This document shows positions 42,514 through 43,749 of a stretch of 43,749 bases of DNA, one piece after another. This stretch comes from a virus (Duplodnaviria; Heunggongvirae; Uroviricota; Caudoviricetes): IMG/VR virus record IMGVR_UViG_2675903595_000011. One strand, written 5' to 3'. The notes beneath the pieces are model-generated. The model made no database searches. It had not been told where the DNA came from and saw nothing but the letters and a program-made list of their open reading frames with translations. The first letter of the stretch is position 1. Each line of letters starts with the position of its first letter. Made by a program: the position numbers and the translations under genes.

Positions 42514-43749
42514 ATGTCTAAATTACCAACAGGTGTCGAGATTCGAGGTAAATACATTCGCATCTGGTTCATGTTTCGAGGAAAACGATGTCGGGAAACA
42601 TTGAAAGGCTGGGAGGTTACTAACAGTAACATTAAAAAAGCCGGGAATTTAAGAGCGTTGATAGTTCATGAAATCAATTCCGGTGAGTTTGAGTATTTAA
42701 GACGTTTTCCCCAGTCCAGCACTGGGGCAAAAATGGTGACAACGAGGGTCATAAAAACGTTCGGGGAGCTTTGTGATATCTGGACAAAAATTAAAGAAAC
42801 AGAGTTAACAACAAACACAATGAAGAAAACGAAATCACAATTAAAAACACTCAGGATAATAATTTGTGAGAGTACTCCGATATCGCATATTCGTTATAGC
42901 GATATCTTAAACTACCGGAATGAACTGCTGCATGGAGAAACGCTTTACCTGGATAATCCAAGATCCAACAAAAAAGGAAGAACCGTGCGCACAGTTGATA
43001 ACTATATCGCCCTGCTCTGTTCGTTGTTACGTTTTGCGTATCAGTCGGGATTTATATCAACCAAACCATTTGAAGGAGTAAAGAAATTACAGAGAAACAG
43101 AATAAAGCCTGACCCGTTATCTAAAACAGAATTCAATGCATTAATGGAAAGTGAAAAAGGACAGAGCCAGAACTTGTGGAAATTTGCCGTATACTCCGGG
43201 CTTCGTCACGGGGAACTGGCTGCTCTGGCGTGGGAGGATGTGGATTTCGAGAAGGGAGTTGTGAATGTCAGAAGAAACCTGACGATACTGGATATGTTCG
43301 GTCCCCCAAAAACAAATGCGGGGATCCGGACGGTAACACTACTGCAGCCTGCTCTTGAAGCACTGAAGGAGCAATACAAACTGACCGGGCATCATCGCAA
43401 AAGCGAAATCACTTTTTATCATCGGGAGTACGGCAGAACCGAAAAGCAAAAACTGCATTTTGTTTTCATGCCCAGAGTGTGTAACGGAAAACAGAAACCT
43501 TATTACTCGGTAAGCAGTTTGGGTGCGAGATGGAATGCAGCAGTAAAACGTGCTGGTATTCGCCGCCGTAATCCGTACCATACGCGGCATACTTTTGCCT
43601 GCTGGCTGTTGACGGCAGGAGCGAACCCGGCGTTTATAGCCAGCCAGATGGGGCATGAAACTGCGCAGATGGTGTATGAAATTTACGGTATGTGGATTGA
43701 TGACATGAACGACGAACAGGTAGCCATGTTGAATGCGCGGTTATCGTAG
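42514..43749 (+). CDS. intR: tyrosine integrase
   Basis: 411 aa; C-terminal catalytic-region residues (R...HxxR...Y); stop codon is the last 3 nt of the window. Confidence 0.95.
   Translation: MSKLPTGVEIRGKYIRIWFMFRGKRCRETLKGWEVTNSNIKKAGNLRALIVHEINSGEFEYLRRFPQSSTGAKMVTTRVIKTFGELCDIWTKIKETELTTNTMKKTKSQLKTLRIIICESTPISHIRYSDILNYRNELLHGETLYLDNPRSNKKGRTVRTVDNYIALLCSLLRFAYQSGFISTKPFEGVKKLQRNRIKPDPLSKTEFNALMESEKGQSQNLWKFAVYSGLRHGELAALAWEDVDFEKGVVNVRRNLTILDMFGPPKTNAGIRTVTLLQPALEALKEQYKLTGHHRKSEITFYHREYGRTEKQKLHFVFMPRVCNGKQKPYYSVSSLGARWNAAVKRAGIRRRNPYHTRHTFACWLLTAGANPAFIASQMGHETAQMVYEIYGMWIDDMNDEQVAMLNARLS

Larger units (their letters stand above)
1..43749. mobile_element. Rac-family lambdoid prophage (tail fibre J at left, integrase at right; neither att site in window)
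   Basis: Contiguous phage modules in canonical order; recE/recT/racC/kilR/sieB/trkG/ydaTUV/intR products recognised from translations. Confidence 0.85.

Overview
The window is a near-complete Rac-family lambdoid prophage of Escherichia/Shigella type, read here in mirrored orientation. From left to right: a lambda-like tail module on the minus strand (J, truncated at the window start and containing an N gap; I, K, L, M, tape measure, G/GT chaperone with a visible -1 frameshift site, major tail protein), head and packaging genes (capsid, scaffold, portal, terminase), a ParB-like/unknown gene pair, the cargo gene trkG, a phage-21-like lysis cassette (pinholin, SAR endolysin, Rz/Rz1), two tandem TolA-domain-III lipoprotein genes, Q and nin-like genes, replication genes (ydaV, ydaU, ydaT), the ydaS/racR immunity switch, and the plus-strand early region (sieB, kilR, racC, recE, recT, ralR, ydaC, xis, intR, ending exactly at the int stop). 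Gene identities rest on my own reading of the six-frame translations and on recall of K-12 Rac, lambda and phage 21 proteins; no database search was run. The best candidate for an undescribed system is an AT-rich two-gene operon (29814..31853, minus strand) between the replication and Q modules: a protein with a C-terminal HEPN-like Rx4H motif, followed 15 nt later by a protein with a GNAT-like C-terminal motif. Other notable points are a yeaR-like gene behind an NsrR-type palindrome, a 28-codon hydrophobic ORF with a strong RBS, a tandem 38-bp duplication at the holin/endolysin junction beside a gap, and an in-frame TGA in ralR.
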